Assembly (NCBI GenBank): GCA_011772205.1
Contig: WVZY01000016.1
Span: forward strand, 21,634 to 85,633
DNA length: 64,000 nt
Direction: 5' to 3'
Origin: Candidatus Latescibacterota bacterium
GTDB taxonomy: Bacteria > Krumholzibacteriota > Krumholzibacteriia > WVZY01
Positions 9,423-19,199 of the stretch are shown in pieces. Under the pieces are notes generated by a model that was given only the letters and a program-made list of their open reading frames with translations, made no database searches and was not told where the DNA came from. Within the stretch, counting starts at the first letter, position 1. Each line of letters opens with the position of its first letter. The position numbers and the translations under genes are program-made.

Positions 9423-10558
9423 CGAAACGTGATCCACGCCAACTTCTCCCGTAAGAGACCTCGTTTTCTCTTGATTGCGGAACGGGCAGTGGCCACCCGC
9501 TTTTTCGCGAGGGGAGCTAGAGCTGCGATGACTTTCATGGGTCCATCTACCAGAACGTCGACGGTGGGCAGTCCGATGCGCCGTTCGATGGTGGCACACA
9601 CCCACGGCAGCTGGTGTTTTGGAATCCCTTCATGATTGATCGTCACCGCCACTACCTTTGTATCCGATATCAACTCCAGCGCTTGAATTTGCTTGCGCAT
9701 TGGGTGGATGGGATGGCCTGGAAATCCATCGTAATCCTTGCGGGCTGGCGCATGCTGCAGAACGATCGCGTCCGGGCGGGCCGCCGCGAGGATCTCGAAG
9801 CCCCCTGGGTAAGCGGGATTCATGAGGCTCCCCTGTCCCTCGATGACGATGACATCGGGTCTCCTTTCGACCCAAGCGAGGTAGACCGCATGCTCGATCT
9901 CACCGGCGACGAAATCGTTCACCAGCGAGTCCATGATGACGCCGTAACGCACCCCCTGCATCCACGCTGTTTGTCCGGTCCCGATCATTTCACACGTGAA
10001 TCCCGCTTGGCGAAAACCCTCCACCAGCTTCCATGCGGTGGTTCGCTTGCCGACAGCCGAATCGGTGCCCAGGACTGCGATCTTGAACGCGTTGACCTTC
10101 GCAATGTCGCCGGTGAAGAAATGCAGCTCAGACTTGGGCGGCGGCTTGCGCACATCGGTGAGGATCACGCCTTTTTTCGCGGCCAAGGCGCTCATCTCGG
10201 AATCTTCCGAGAGGAAGTCATGGAGACCGGAGTCCACGTTCAGACCCATGGTGATGGCCCGCTTTATATCTCTCCGGACCGCCGGGTCCATGCGGCCGCC
10301 ATCGGGGGCAAGACCGACGACCATGTGGCTGGCAGGGCGGCCTCGCATGTGCGATGCGTTTGCAGCCTCTTGCAGCGAGCCGAAGATAGGAATGTCATAG
10401 CTCTTACCGTCCAGAACCAGACCGGCCTCCTGTCCGCGATAGCGGCTGTCAATAACGCCTACCACGTTGTAACGTGCTGTAAAACGCACGAGGCCATGCG
10501 CCGTCTTTCCGTTGGGCGTATTGAAAGCTCCTTCACAGTAAACGATGGCATTGGGCAT
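9419..10558 (-). CDS. DUF1611-family protein (DgcN-like)
   Basis: ORF 9419..10828. The conserved region starts at MPNAIVYCEGAFNTPNGKTAHGLVR (ATG 10558). It contains a P-loop-like GTDSAVGKRTT motif and EGQGSL. The upstream 90 in-frame codons are low-complexity, so the true start could be as far up as 10828. Confidence 0.72.
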   Translation of the reverse strand: MPNAIVYCEGAFNTPNGKTAHGLVRFTARYNVVGVIDSRYRGQEAGLVLDGKSYDIPIFGSLQEAANASHMRGRPASHMVVGLAPDGGRMDPAVRRDIKRAITMGLNVDSGLHDFLSEDSEMSALAAKKGVILTDVRKPPPKSELHFFTGDIAKVNAFKIAVLGTDSAVGKRTTAWKLVEGFRQAGFTCEMIGTGQTAWMQGVRYGVIMDSLVNDFVAGEIEHAVYLAWVERRPDVIVIEGQGSLMNPAYPGGFEILAAARPDAIVLQHAPARKDYDGFPGHPIHPMRKQIQALELISDTKVVAVTINHEGIPKHQLPWVCATIERRIGLPTVDVLVDGPMKVIAALAPLAKKRVATARSAIKRKRGLLREKLAWITFR

Positions 10559-11341
10559 CGACTTTCCAATCGCCTGCTCGCGAGCGGGACGAGTACCTGA
10601 TTCATGATAAAGGTTCCTTGTAGCGCCACTCGAGCTGGAGGCTTCCGCCTGCTCTTCGAGGGGACGCAGGAAATCCCCGGTTGCTTCCATCGAGGGAGAT
10701 GCAGTGACTTGAAAGGATTCTTGGTCTGCGGTGGCTTCGTTCGGTCCAGGGTCGGACAGCGCACCGCCGCTGTCCTCAGCTGCTCCTTTTTCCATTCGTC
10801 TCACTTTCTTCCGGCCCTCTGCGCCCAACCGTTTGCATGCGATGGTCGGTAAACGACCACTTTTGAAGGGCTCATGGGCAGTGTCGATGGTGCGCCTATG
10901 GAGTCGTCGGCTGGCGAAGCTCCATTCGTTCAGCGCTGAGCCGAATCCCGATCGAGCAGCAGAGCACTGGTGATGTGATCGAGGGTCCGTTCAGCGCATT
11001 CGCTCCGCTGACTCGCGTGAGCAAACTGCAAAATTCGTACCGCAGCCCAGCCAACTTTGACTTCGATCGCCCAGGGCTCAACTGACGGTACTCAACCGCG
11101 AACGCTCACTCCCTCGCGACTTGACTCCGGTGGGCGAACTGCCAATTGCCGAAGAAACGATTGAGCCGCTATGTCATCTCCTCCAGCTAGCGGAACGGCT
11201 CCTGAAGAGTGAGTGTCATTTCGCATGACCTGCCTGATTATTGAAACCCTGCGAGGTCGGCCGCCCTCCGATCCTCGCCCGGTTTATATGGCCCATCTTG
11301 GGGCGGAGGCCTTTCAAGTGAACGGCTGCTAGCGCCGTTCA

Positions 11342-12979
<1,638 letters not shown>

Positions 12980-12995
12980 TCATTTAGAACGAAAT

Positions 12996-13280
12996 CTAGA
13001 TCGTCGCCAGAATATCGCTCTCGTGCATAATGAGATACGTATCGCCATCGATCTCAATTTCCGTTCCCGAGTATTTGCCGAACAGAACCCGGTCACCCTT
13101 CTTTACATCGAGCGGGATTCTCTCGCCCTTCTCGCTCAACCGACCCTCCCCAACCGCGATTACCTTTCCCTCCTGAGGCTTCTCTTTAGCGGTGTCAGGA
13201 ATAACGATGCTTCCCTTTCGTTTTTCCTCTTCCTCTTCTGGTACGATGAGAACCCGATCGGCTAGTGGACGGATCTTCAC
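12996..13280 (-). CDS. groES: Co-chaperonin GroES (Hsp10)
   Basis: 94 aa, GTG start with AGGAGG upstream. Sequence [44 protein letters not shown]. It sits 40 nt upstream of groEL. Confidence 0.95.
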   Translation of the reverse strand: MKIRPLADRVLIVPEEEEEKRKGSIVIPDTAKEKPQEGKVIAVGEGRLSEKGERIPLDVKKGDRVLFGKYSGTEIEIDGDTYLIMHESDILATI

Positions 13281-13439
13281 TGAATCCTCCTATTCTGGCA
13301 CACAAGTCACATATACAAACCCGGGGGAACATGCCGGGCGAATGTTAACGTTATTGTTAACGCTTCGATCAACCAGTGAACCCCACGTGCGCGCCGTCCC
13401 CCGATTTTAATCTCGACATTAATATACTCTGGATAAAGC

Positions 13440-13464
13440 TTTATGTCAAGATGCTTGACATAAA
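13440..13464. promoter_or_regulatory. Perfect 11-bp-arm palindrome TTTATGTCAAG-ATG-CTTGACATAAA; candidate MarR operator
   Basis: Read directly from the sequence. The right arm contains the -35 hexamer of the putative marR promoter, and the site lies in the groES/marR divergent region. Confidence 0.5.
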
Positions 13465-13483
13465 AATTTTTAGCCACTATATT
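13455..13483 (+). promoter_or_regulatory. Sigma70-like promoter TTGACA-N17-TATATT for the MarR gene
   Basis: -35 at 13455-13460, a 17-nt spacer, and -10 at 13478-13483. The ATG at 13490 is only 6 nt past the -10, which implies a leaderless or near-leaderless transcript. Confidence 0.45.
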
Positions 13484-13489
13484 ATAGAT

Positions 13490-13984
13490 ATGAAACGAGA
13501 CCCTTTCGATAACGTCCGCGAGCAGTGGGATAAGGAACGACCGGACCTCGACACGTCGGGCCTGGAAGTACTATGGCGTATCTCTTATCTTCACAAAGAC
13601 TTGAGGCACGCTGCTGGCAAGAGACTCGCCAAGCTGAACCTGCCCAACTGGGCATTCGATGTACTGGCGAGCCTGCGCCGGCAAGGGCCTCCCTACCAGA
13701 TGTCCCCATCGGAATTATGTGAGGCGGCCATTCTGACGTCCGGGGCCATGACGAACCGGCTCGACCGCCTGGAGGAAGCAGGCCTCGTGGAGCGTCACCC
13801 CGATCCGAACGACCGCAGGAGCTTGAATGTCAGGCTCACGTCCAAGGGTAAGGACGTCATCGACCGGGCCGTCGGCGTGCGCTTCGAGCACGCCAACCAG
13901 GCACTGTCTCCGCTCAGCGAAGCGGAACGGCGTCAGCTGGTACGCCTGTTGAGGAAACTCGTGGCCGCCCGCGTTGAGGTTTGA
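13490..13984 (+). CDS. MarR-family transcriptional regulator
   Basis: The internal start of ORF 13376..13984 gives MKRDPFDNVREQWDKERPDLD... The winged-helix region reads MSPSELCEAAILTSGAMTNRLDRLEEAGLVERHPDPNDRRSLNVRLTSKG. Confidence 0.85.
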   Translation: MKRDPFDNVREQWDKERPDLDTSGLEVLWRISYLHKDLRHAAGKRLAKLNLPNWAFDVLASLRRQGPPYQMSPSELCEAAILTSGAMTNRLDRLEEAGLVERHPDPNDRRSLNVRLTSKGKDVIDRAVGVRFEHANQALSPLSEAERRQLVRLLRKLVAARVEV

Positions 13985-14284
13985 TTGGTCGCCCAACGAT
14001 CCTAGTATGGATGCCCTGCTGCAGAGCAGATACGTGCTACGGCACCTTTTCGATGTTTCCATCAATTCAGGGGAAGATCAATCATCCAAAACTGTTCAGC
14101 TCGAGTCCGTTCTGGGCCCCCTAACTGCAAGAAGTAAGAGCTATCCTTGGCGCAGGATATGTGCCATAATCATCAAAAGTCTGCACTGCACATGTCTTGT
14201 AACTCACGGAGCGAACAAAGACGATCCTGAGCTAAAAGTTCTTCTGCATGTAAGAACGAATAGCTAATCTCAAAGGAGGTTGTC

Positions 14285-15049
14285 GTGTTTGCTCCGAAAT
14301 CCCACCATAAGATGACGTCACATAAGTGCGCCAGCACTATGCGGTCGCTCTTTCGCTGTCCCCCCAATCCTGCGTCAGCAACCCAACACTTTTGCAGGGG
14401 ATTAGGCTTTTTGTCATTACTGTTGTTGGTTGCCGGCGCCGTGCCCGTCCATGCGCATGTCCAGATCGGTAACTACACCCTGGCCACGTCCGCTTTTGCC
14501 GATGAGGCCACGCAGGTCGCCGGCACGCCCTGGACATCAGGCTGTTTCCACAGACAAACCTACCGTATATGCATGCCGCCAGAGAACGGACTGGCTGGAT
14601 ACGGTGGTATAGGCATCGATGCCGGTGTGCACATCGCAAGCGATATGGTCTTTCAATTGGATTTCATCGATAACGTTGTTGTGAATCAAACAGGGTCGGA
14701 TCTGGTCCTATTCGACGCAGCTTTTACCGCTACAAGCGGCTACAACATAGCTGTGGGTGATAGTGCAGGATTTGAAACTTTCATCGCGTTTCCTCCCGAC
14801 AGGGCAATCTACGCGGGTATCTCCGATTTGTACTGGTATGACTTCCACGGGCCTCATTGGGCCGGTGTCATGGCAATCGAAATTGAACTGGATGATTTCG
14901 GGATCGCTCCGGGTGCGCTCATCACATCGATTCGCATTCAGGCAACGGAGCCTACCGGCTCGAATCCTTTGTCCGCGGCAGCGCTGCATAGCGATGTTGT
15001 CCCCGCGGAGAGTCGAACCTGGGGACTGATCAAGTCACTGTATCGATGA
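14285..15049 (+). CDS. Hypothetical secreted protein
   Basis: GTG start with AAGGAGG 6 nt upstream. Hydrophobic segment LGFLSLLLLVAGAVPVHA. No recognisable catalytic motif. Ends ...SRTWGLIKSLYR. Confidence 0.55.
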   Translation: MFAPKSHHKMTSHKCASTMRSLFRCPPNPASATQHFCRGLGFLSLLLLVAGAVPVHAHVQIGNYTLATSAFADEATQVAGTPWTSGCFHRQTYRICMPPENGLAGYGGIGIDAGVHIASDMVFQLDFIDNVVVNQTGSDLVLFDAAFTATSGYNIAVGDSAGFETFIAFPPDRAIYAGISDLYWYDFHGPHWAGVMAIEIELDDFGIAPGALITSIRIQATEPTGSNPLSAAALHSDVVPAESRTWGLIKSLYR

Positions 15050-15059
15050 CTGCAGGGAT

Positions 15060-16664
15060 TTACTGAAACTCAAACGCACCAATATCAATGATGCCGACAA
15101 GGGGGCGCACCTCAGCCGTTCCCACCGGGATGAGCACGGCCTCCGGCGGATGATAGCCCGGCGTTAGAAGCGGATTCGGAAACGGTGAACCGTCTGGACT
15201 GGTCGTCGTCAGTGTTCCCGCGTCGATCACGGGGGAGCCGGTCGCCGGCCTGAGCAGGTTGCCCGCCATATCTACCAACCCTGGATCCGACCCGGTAAGG
15301 GTTCCCGTCCATTCCGGAGGGAATCCAGCACCCGTGTGAACCCAGTTGTTGCTCCCGCTCACCCGCCTGCCGAATACCCAATTGGCTTCGGAATCATCGA
15401 GCACATAATAAGAGGTGATGTAGAAGATATTGTTGTGCATTTCCACACTCTCGACGCCGAAATGCGGAAAGATGTGAGATCTGGGATTGCTGCTGTAATG
15501 AATGAACGTGTTGTTCATGAAGCGATAGCGCCCATTGCTCTGCCCGGTGCCATCGCCGCCAATACGCACATTGCGGCTGTAGCGCCTGGCAATCAACACA
15601 TTGCCGACCACGTCGCTGTCTTCCCGTGCCGTCTCCTCTGCGACTCCCCCGGCAGGATCCGGCCCGAGGAGCTCCAGGTTGTGGTAATAAGGCGCCTCCA
15701 GCCAGTTGTAGTAGATCTCGTTTCGCTCGGCCCGGCTCTTGACGTTGTTCCCGCCATTGCTGTCATGGATGTAACAGTACTGCAGACGAAATACGGATCC
15801 AGGGTAGTCGTCCTCGTTGGTTGCGATGTATAGCTGATGACGGCCGGTCCCTTCGCCGCAGCTGTAGACCTCGCAATACTCCACAGTGAGGCTGCCCGAG
15901 CCCTGGTCTGCGCCGAGGATGCCATGCGGGCAATCGTGGACGATGCAGTCGCGTATCGTGATGTCGTTTGCATGATGGTACAGCCCGCGAAATCCTGCAT
16001 TGCGAATCTCGAAGCTCTCGAACACGTAGTGGTTCATGTTGAACTCCACGACGTCGGTGCCACCATCGATGACCGGGCGATTGCCGCTGACCTTGACCCC
16101 CCGGATGGTGATGGGCTGTGCAGCAGATCCTGCCCTGCTGAAAATGACACCACCCGAATAGGTATTGCCCCCATCTACCAATACGAGATCCCCGGGTATG
16201 AGCAGCCCCACCACTTGTTGAATACTGGTATACGCTCTATTGGGACCAACCAGATAGACGTTCCCAGCGGAGGTCGTGGCCGTCGCTTGACCGGACCTTT
16301 CGCTTTCGTTGCCGGCGGCATCAAAGGCGCTCACTCGGTAACTGTAGCTGGTCCCCGCACTGAGACCGGTGTCGGCATAGGTGGTCACAGCCGTGACACC
16401 AACGGCTGCGTCGTTACGATACACCCGGTAACCATCAACGCCGACATTGTCCGTACTCGGGGACCACGAGACATCGATTCGTGTATTGGAAAAGGTATTC
16501 GCAGCGACGTTCTGGGGCACACTCGGTGCCAGCGTGTCGGGCCCGTTCGACACGAGCGGGGGACCATCACCGCCCTTCTCATCACAGCCAAAAAGGAGCA
16601 GCATTGCAAGCGCCGGTGGAGCAAAGCTAAGAACCAAGGATCTCTGTAGCGACTTTTGGAACAT
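15060..16664 (-). CDS. Lipoprotein with an FN3 domain and a parallel beta-helix (pectate-lyase-fold) domain
   Basis: The N-terminus MFQKSLQRSLVLSFAPPALAMLLLFGCDEKGG has a lipobox-like LFGC. The FN3 region reads PSVPQNVAANTFSNTRIDVSWSPSTDNVGVDGYRVYRNDAAV...YRVSAFDAAGNES. Beta-helix rungs follow, ending DIGAFEFQ. Confidence 0.7.
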   Translation of the reverse strand: MFQKSLQRSLVLSFAPPALAMLLLFGCDEKGGDGPPLVSNGPDTLAPSVPQNVAANTFSNTRIDVSWSPSTDNVGVDGYRVYRNDAAVGVTAVTTYADTGLSAGTSYSYRVSAFDAAGNESERSGQATATTSAGNVYLVGPNRAYTSIQQVVGLLIPGDLVLVDGGNTYSGGVIFSRAGSAAQPITIRGVKVSGNRPVIDGGTDVVEFNMNHYVFESFEIRNAGFRGLYHHANDITIRDCIVHDCPHGILGADQGSGSLTVEYCEVYSCGEGTGRHQLYIATNEDDYPGSVFRLQYCYIHDSNGGNNVKSRAERNEIYYNWLEAPYYHNLELLGPDPAGGVAEETAREDSDVVGNVLIARRYSRNVRIGGDGTGQSNGRYRFMNNTFIHYSSNPRSHIFPHFGVESVEMHNNIFYITSYYVLDDSEANWVFGRRVSGSNNWVHTGAGFPPEWTGTLTGSDPGLVDMAGNLLRPATGSPVIDAGTLTTTSPDGSPFPNPLLTPGYHPPEAVLIPVGTAEVRPLVGIIDIGAFEFQ

Positions 16665-16905
16665 CGTTGACCCTTTCGGTGAGTGTATCTTCTAGCAAAT
16701 GGTGCACCATTCCAACATCCTGATTAGATCTCTGCCATAAAATGAGCTAAAAACGGCATCCCCTCCTATCGCTCGATAGACTCCTCAAAGGATCCGATCT
16801 ATTAATAATTCTTGACACATGAACTCCGAAAAGTACTATAATGCGCTTCAACTCACTCAGCCAGTGCAAATGTGAACTTTTCTCAAGTGAGTAAGAGCAG
16901 CCAAC

Positions 16906-18129
16906 GTGAAAAAGATACTTTCCGTATTTTCAACAATATTGATCATCCTCCTCATCTTCCCTTTTCCTGCCGACTCGTACGAACTGACCGGCCGGATTTC
17001 GAGCGACCTTTACGCCTATCAGGGATCCAACGATGATCACATTCGTCCGTACCTTCGGTTTAGGGCGAATATGCTGGCGTGGAGGGCGGAGGACGGCCGA
17101 TCGCTCCGCTTCCATACGTCGCTGCGCTGGACATCGGATTTCGCCGATAAGCTAACGTCCGATCCCGAACTGTTTGTCTATGACGCCTACGCTCACCTGT
17201 CGGGATTGCCGACCTGGACCGATGTGTATGTCGGGCGCCAGTTCGTGTATACAGGGGTTGGCAGTGCTCTCATGGACGGTGGACGGCTCCATTTTCGCCG
17301 TGCCAAAAATTTGAGTCTCAATGTCTTCGGCGGGAGTTCGGTATCGAGCGAAGATCCAGATAAGGTGCGCTCGCTGGACGATGATCTCGTGCTCGGCGGT
17401 CACTTCATTGCGCGACCGGACAGGGCCACTAAATTGGGTCTCAGTTGGATGTTGAGACGGCGCGACGGCGACCAGAGTTTTCATCGCGTGGGGATCGATG
17501 TCGACCGGTTGTTTGGCCCGGCTGAGATTTACGGACGGGTGTCGTATAACGCCGCCGATCTCCGCCTGGCCGAAATACTGACTCGGGCGGTCTACCGGCC
17601 GGGGGCGTGGTATGTATCCGGCGAATACGGATGGCGGGAGCCGTTTGTGGCGAGCAACTCGATCTTCGCGCTGATCGATTTCAAAGAATACCGGATCGGC
17701 CGGGTCGAAGCGCGCCGCCGCGTGTGGCGGCAGCTATCCGTCCTGGCCAACGTGCAGGCCGACCTGTCGAGCGACGAAGATGCGTGGCGGACCGGAATCG
17801 GTGTCAGCACGCCGCTGGTTTCGGTCTCATGGATTCACCAGACAGGATATGCGGGAGACAATGACGGCGTGAGCGGTCATGTCAACGTCAGGTTGAATGA
17901 CCGGCTGGACTGTTACGCATCCGCCAACCTGTTCCGCTATCGTGTCCAGCAGGAGCAGGTGGAGCGTTCCGATGCGTATGCATCAACGGCGGGGCTTCGC
18001 TGGCGGCCCGGCTGGGGAGTGACGATCGTGACGGAGGGCCAGTATCTCCGAAACGCGGTTCTAAAAGACGATAGCAGGTTCCTTCTTCGGATCTCGAAAG
18101 ACTTCTCGATAAGTTCGAAAAACGGGTGA
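16906..18129 (+). CDS. Putative outer-membrane beta-barrel (porin-like) protein
   Basis: GTG start. Signal peptide MKKILSVFSTILIILLIFPFPADS. Many amphipathic strand-like segments with aromatic girdles (YVGRQFVYTG, LSWMLRRRDG, WYVSGEYGWREP, LRWRPGWGVTIVTEGQY). Its stop overlaps the next gene's start (GTGA). Confidence 0.5.
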   Translation: MKKILSVFSTILIILLIFPFPADSYELTGRISSDLYAYQGSNDDHIRPYLRFRANMLAWRAEDGRSLRFHTSLRWTSDFADKLTSDPELFVYDAYAHLSGLPTWTDVYVGRQFVYTGVGSALMDGGRLHFRRAKNLSLNVFGGSSVSSEDPDKVRSLDDDLVLGGHFIARPDRATKLGLSWMLRRRDGDQSFHRVGIDVDRLFGPAEIYGRVSYNAADLRLAEILTRAVYRPGAWYVSGEYGWREPFVASNSIFALIDFKEYRIGRVEARRRVWRQLSVLANVQADLSSDEDAWRTGIGVSTPLVSVSWIHQTGYAGDNDGVSGHVNVRLNDRLDCYASANLFRYRVQQEQVERSDAYASTAGLRWRPGWGVTIVTEGQYLRNAVLKDDSRFLLRISKDFSISSKNG

Positions 18130-19193
18130 AAGGACAGATGATGCGGGCGGCAGCCGTCATTTCCATGATAACGATACTGATCTCCGGAACGATCCTCGCG
18201 AGCAGATACCCTGGTGTCGAGCTGCACGTACCGGAAAGCGATATAATTTTCGCGCACGCCGACCATACCGATCTGGGTTGCACCGATTGCCATGCCGATA
18301 TCGAGGAGAGCGCTGACGCACAGGATCGGAATTTCCCGTCAATGGATGTTTGCGGGGACTGCCACGACATCGAAGCCGATGAGGACTGCGGGTCGTGTCA
18401 CCGAGATCCCGACGATCCGCAGGCGTCTCCGCACCCGGAGCGAATGATCATTTTCAGCCATAAGAATCATCTTGCCCGCAATATAGATTGCGCCACCTGC
18501 CACGCCACCATCGCTACCAGCTCGGAACCATCGCACGAGCACATGCCGACCATGCGCCAGTGCTTCGCGTGTCATGACGGGGTGAAGGCAGACGACGGCT
18601 GTGCGTTATGCCACGGTGACCATCTCACGTTAGCAGATATTCATCCGGCAGAGTGGCGGCATCAGCACGGGGATCGGGCGGCTCTCGAGCGGGAATGGTG
18701 CACGCAGTGCCACCGGCGGGAGAATTCATGTCTCGAGTGTCATCGCGGCGATAATCTAACGGGCAGCATACATGATCTCAATTATATTTATACGCACGGT
18801 TTGGACGCAAAAAACAAGCGCTTCGACTGCGCCAAATGCCATGACAACCGTTCCTTCTGCTACGCATGCCACGAGCGGGAAAACCGCATCCCGCTCCTGC
18901 ACTCGTCGGTTGCGTGGCTCACCGATCACGGCCGCACGGCCCGGCGGGATGTGGAGAGCTGCGCATCGTGCCACGATTCCGCCGATCCGACGTGCGCCCG
19001 GAGCGGATGCCACCGCGACGCCGATGGTTTGAGGGGTACCGATCCGCGCTTTCATGCATCGAACCTGACTTTATTCGACTCGAAGGGGCCGTGGCACAGG
19101 GATGACGGCTATTACTGCTACCGCTGTCATACGAATACGCGAAGATCCGGACAAGGATTTTGCGGCTACTGCCACGGGTACGAAGAGGACTAG
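18126..19193 (+). CDS. Multihaem cytochrome c (13 CxxCH plus one CxxxxCH)
   Basis: I counted 13 CxxCH motifs by eye (CTDCH, CGDCH, CGSCH, CATCH, CFACH, CALCH, CTQCH, CLECH, CAKCH, CYACH, CASCH, CYRCH, CGYCH) plus CARSGCH. The N-terminal hydrophobic segment is AAAVISMITILISGTILA. The start could be GTG 18126 or ATG 18138/18141. Confidence 0.85.
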   Translation: MKGQMMRAAAVISMITILISGTILASRYPGVELHVPESDIIFAHADHTDLGCTDCHADIEESADAQDRNFPSMDVCGDCHDIEADEDCGSCHRDPDDPQASPHPERMIIFSHKNHLARNIDCATCHATIATSSEPSHEHMPTMRQCFACHDGVKADDGCALCHGDHLTLADIHPAEWRHQHGDRAALEREWCTQCHRRENSCLECHRGDNLTGSIHDLNYIYTHGLDAKNKRFDCAKCHDNRSFCYACHERENRIPLLHSSVAWLTDHGRTARRDVESCASCHDSADPTCARSGCHRDADGLRGTDPRFHASNLTLFDSKGPWHRDDGYYCYRCHTNTRRSGQGFCGYCHGYEED

Positions 19194-19199
19194 GAGGCT

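Noticed and set aside
8541-9635. 364-aa plus-strand ORF antisense to the PP-loop::creatininase gene
   Set aside because: Shadow ORF. The opposite strand carries recognisable PP-loop motifs, and the product is low-complexity and Arg-rich.
13281-13440. Searched for a CIRCE (TTAGCACTC-N9-GAGTGCTAA) HrcA operator or a clear sigma32 promoter upstream of groES
   Set aside because: I saw no match by eye. Only the duplicated CGTTAACA motif is present, so no heat-shock operator is called.
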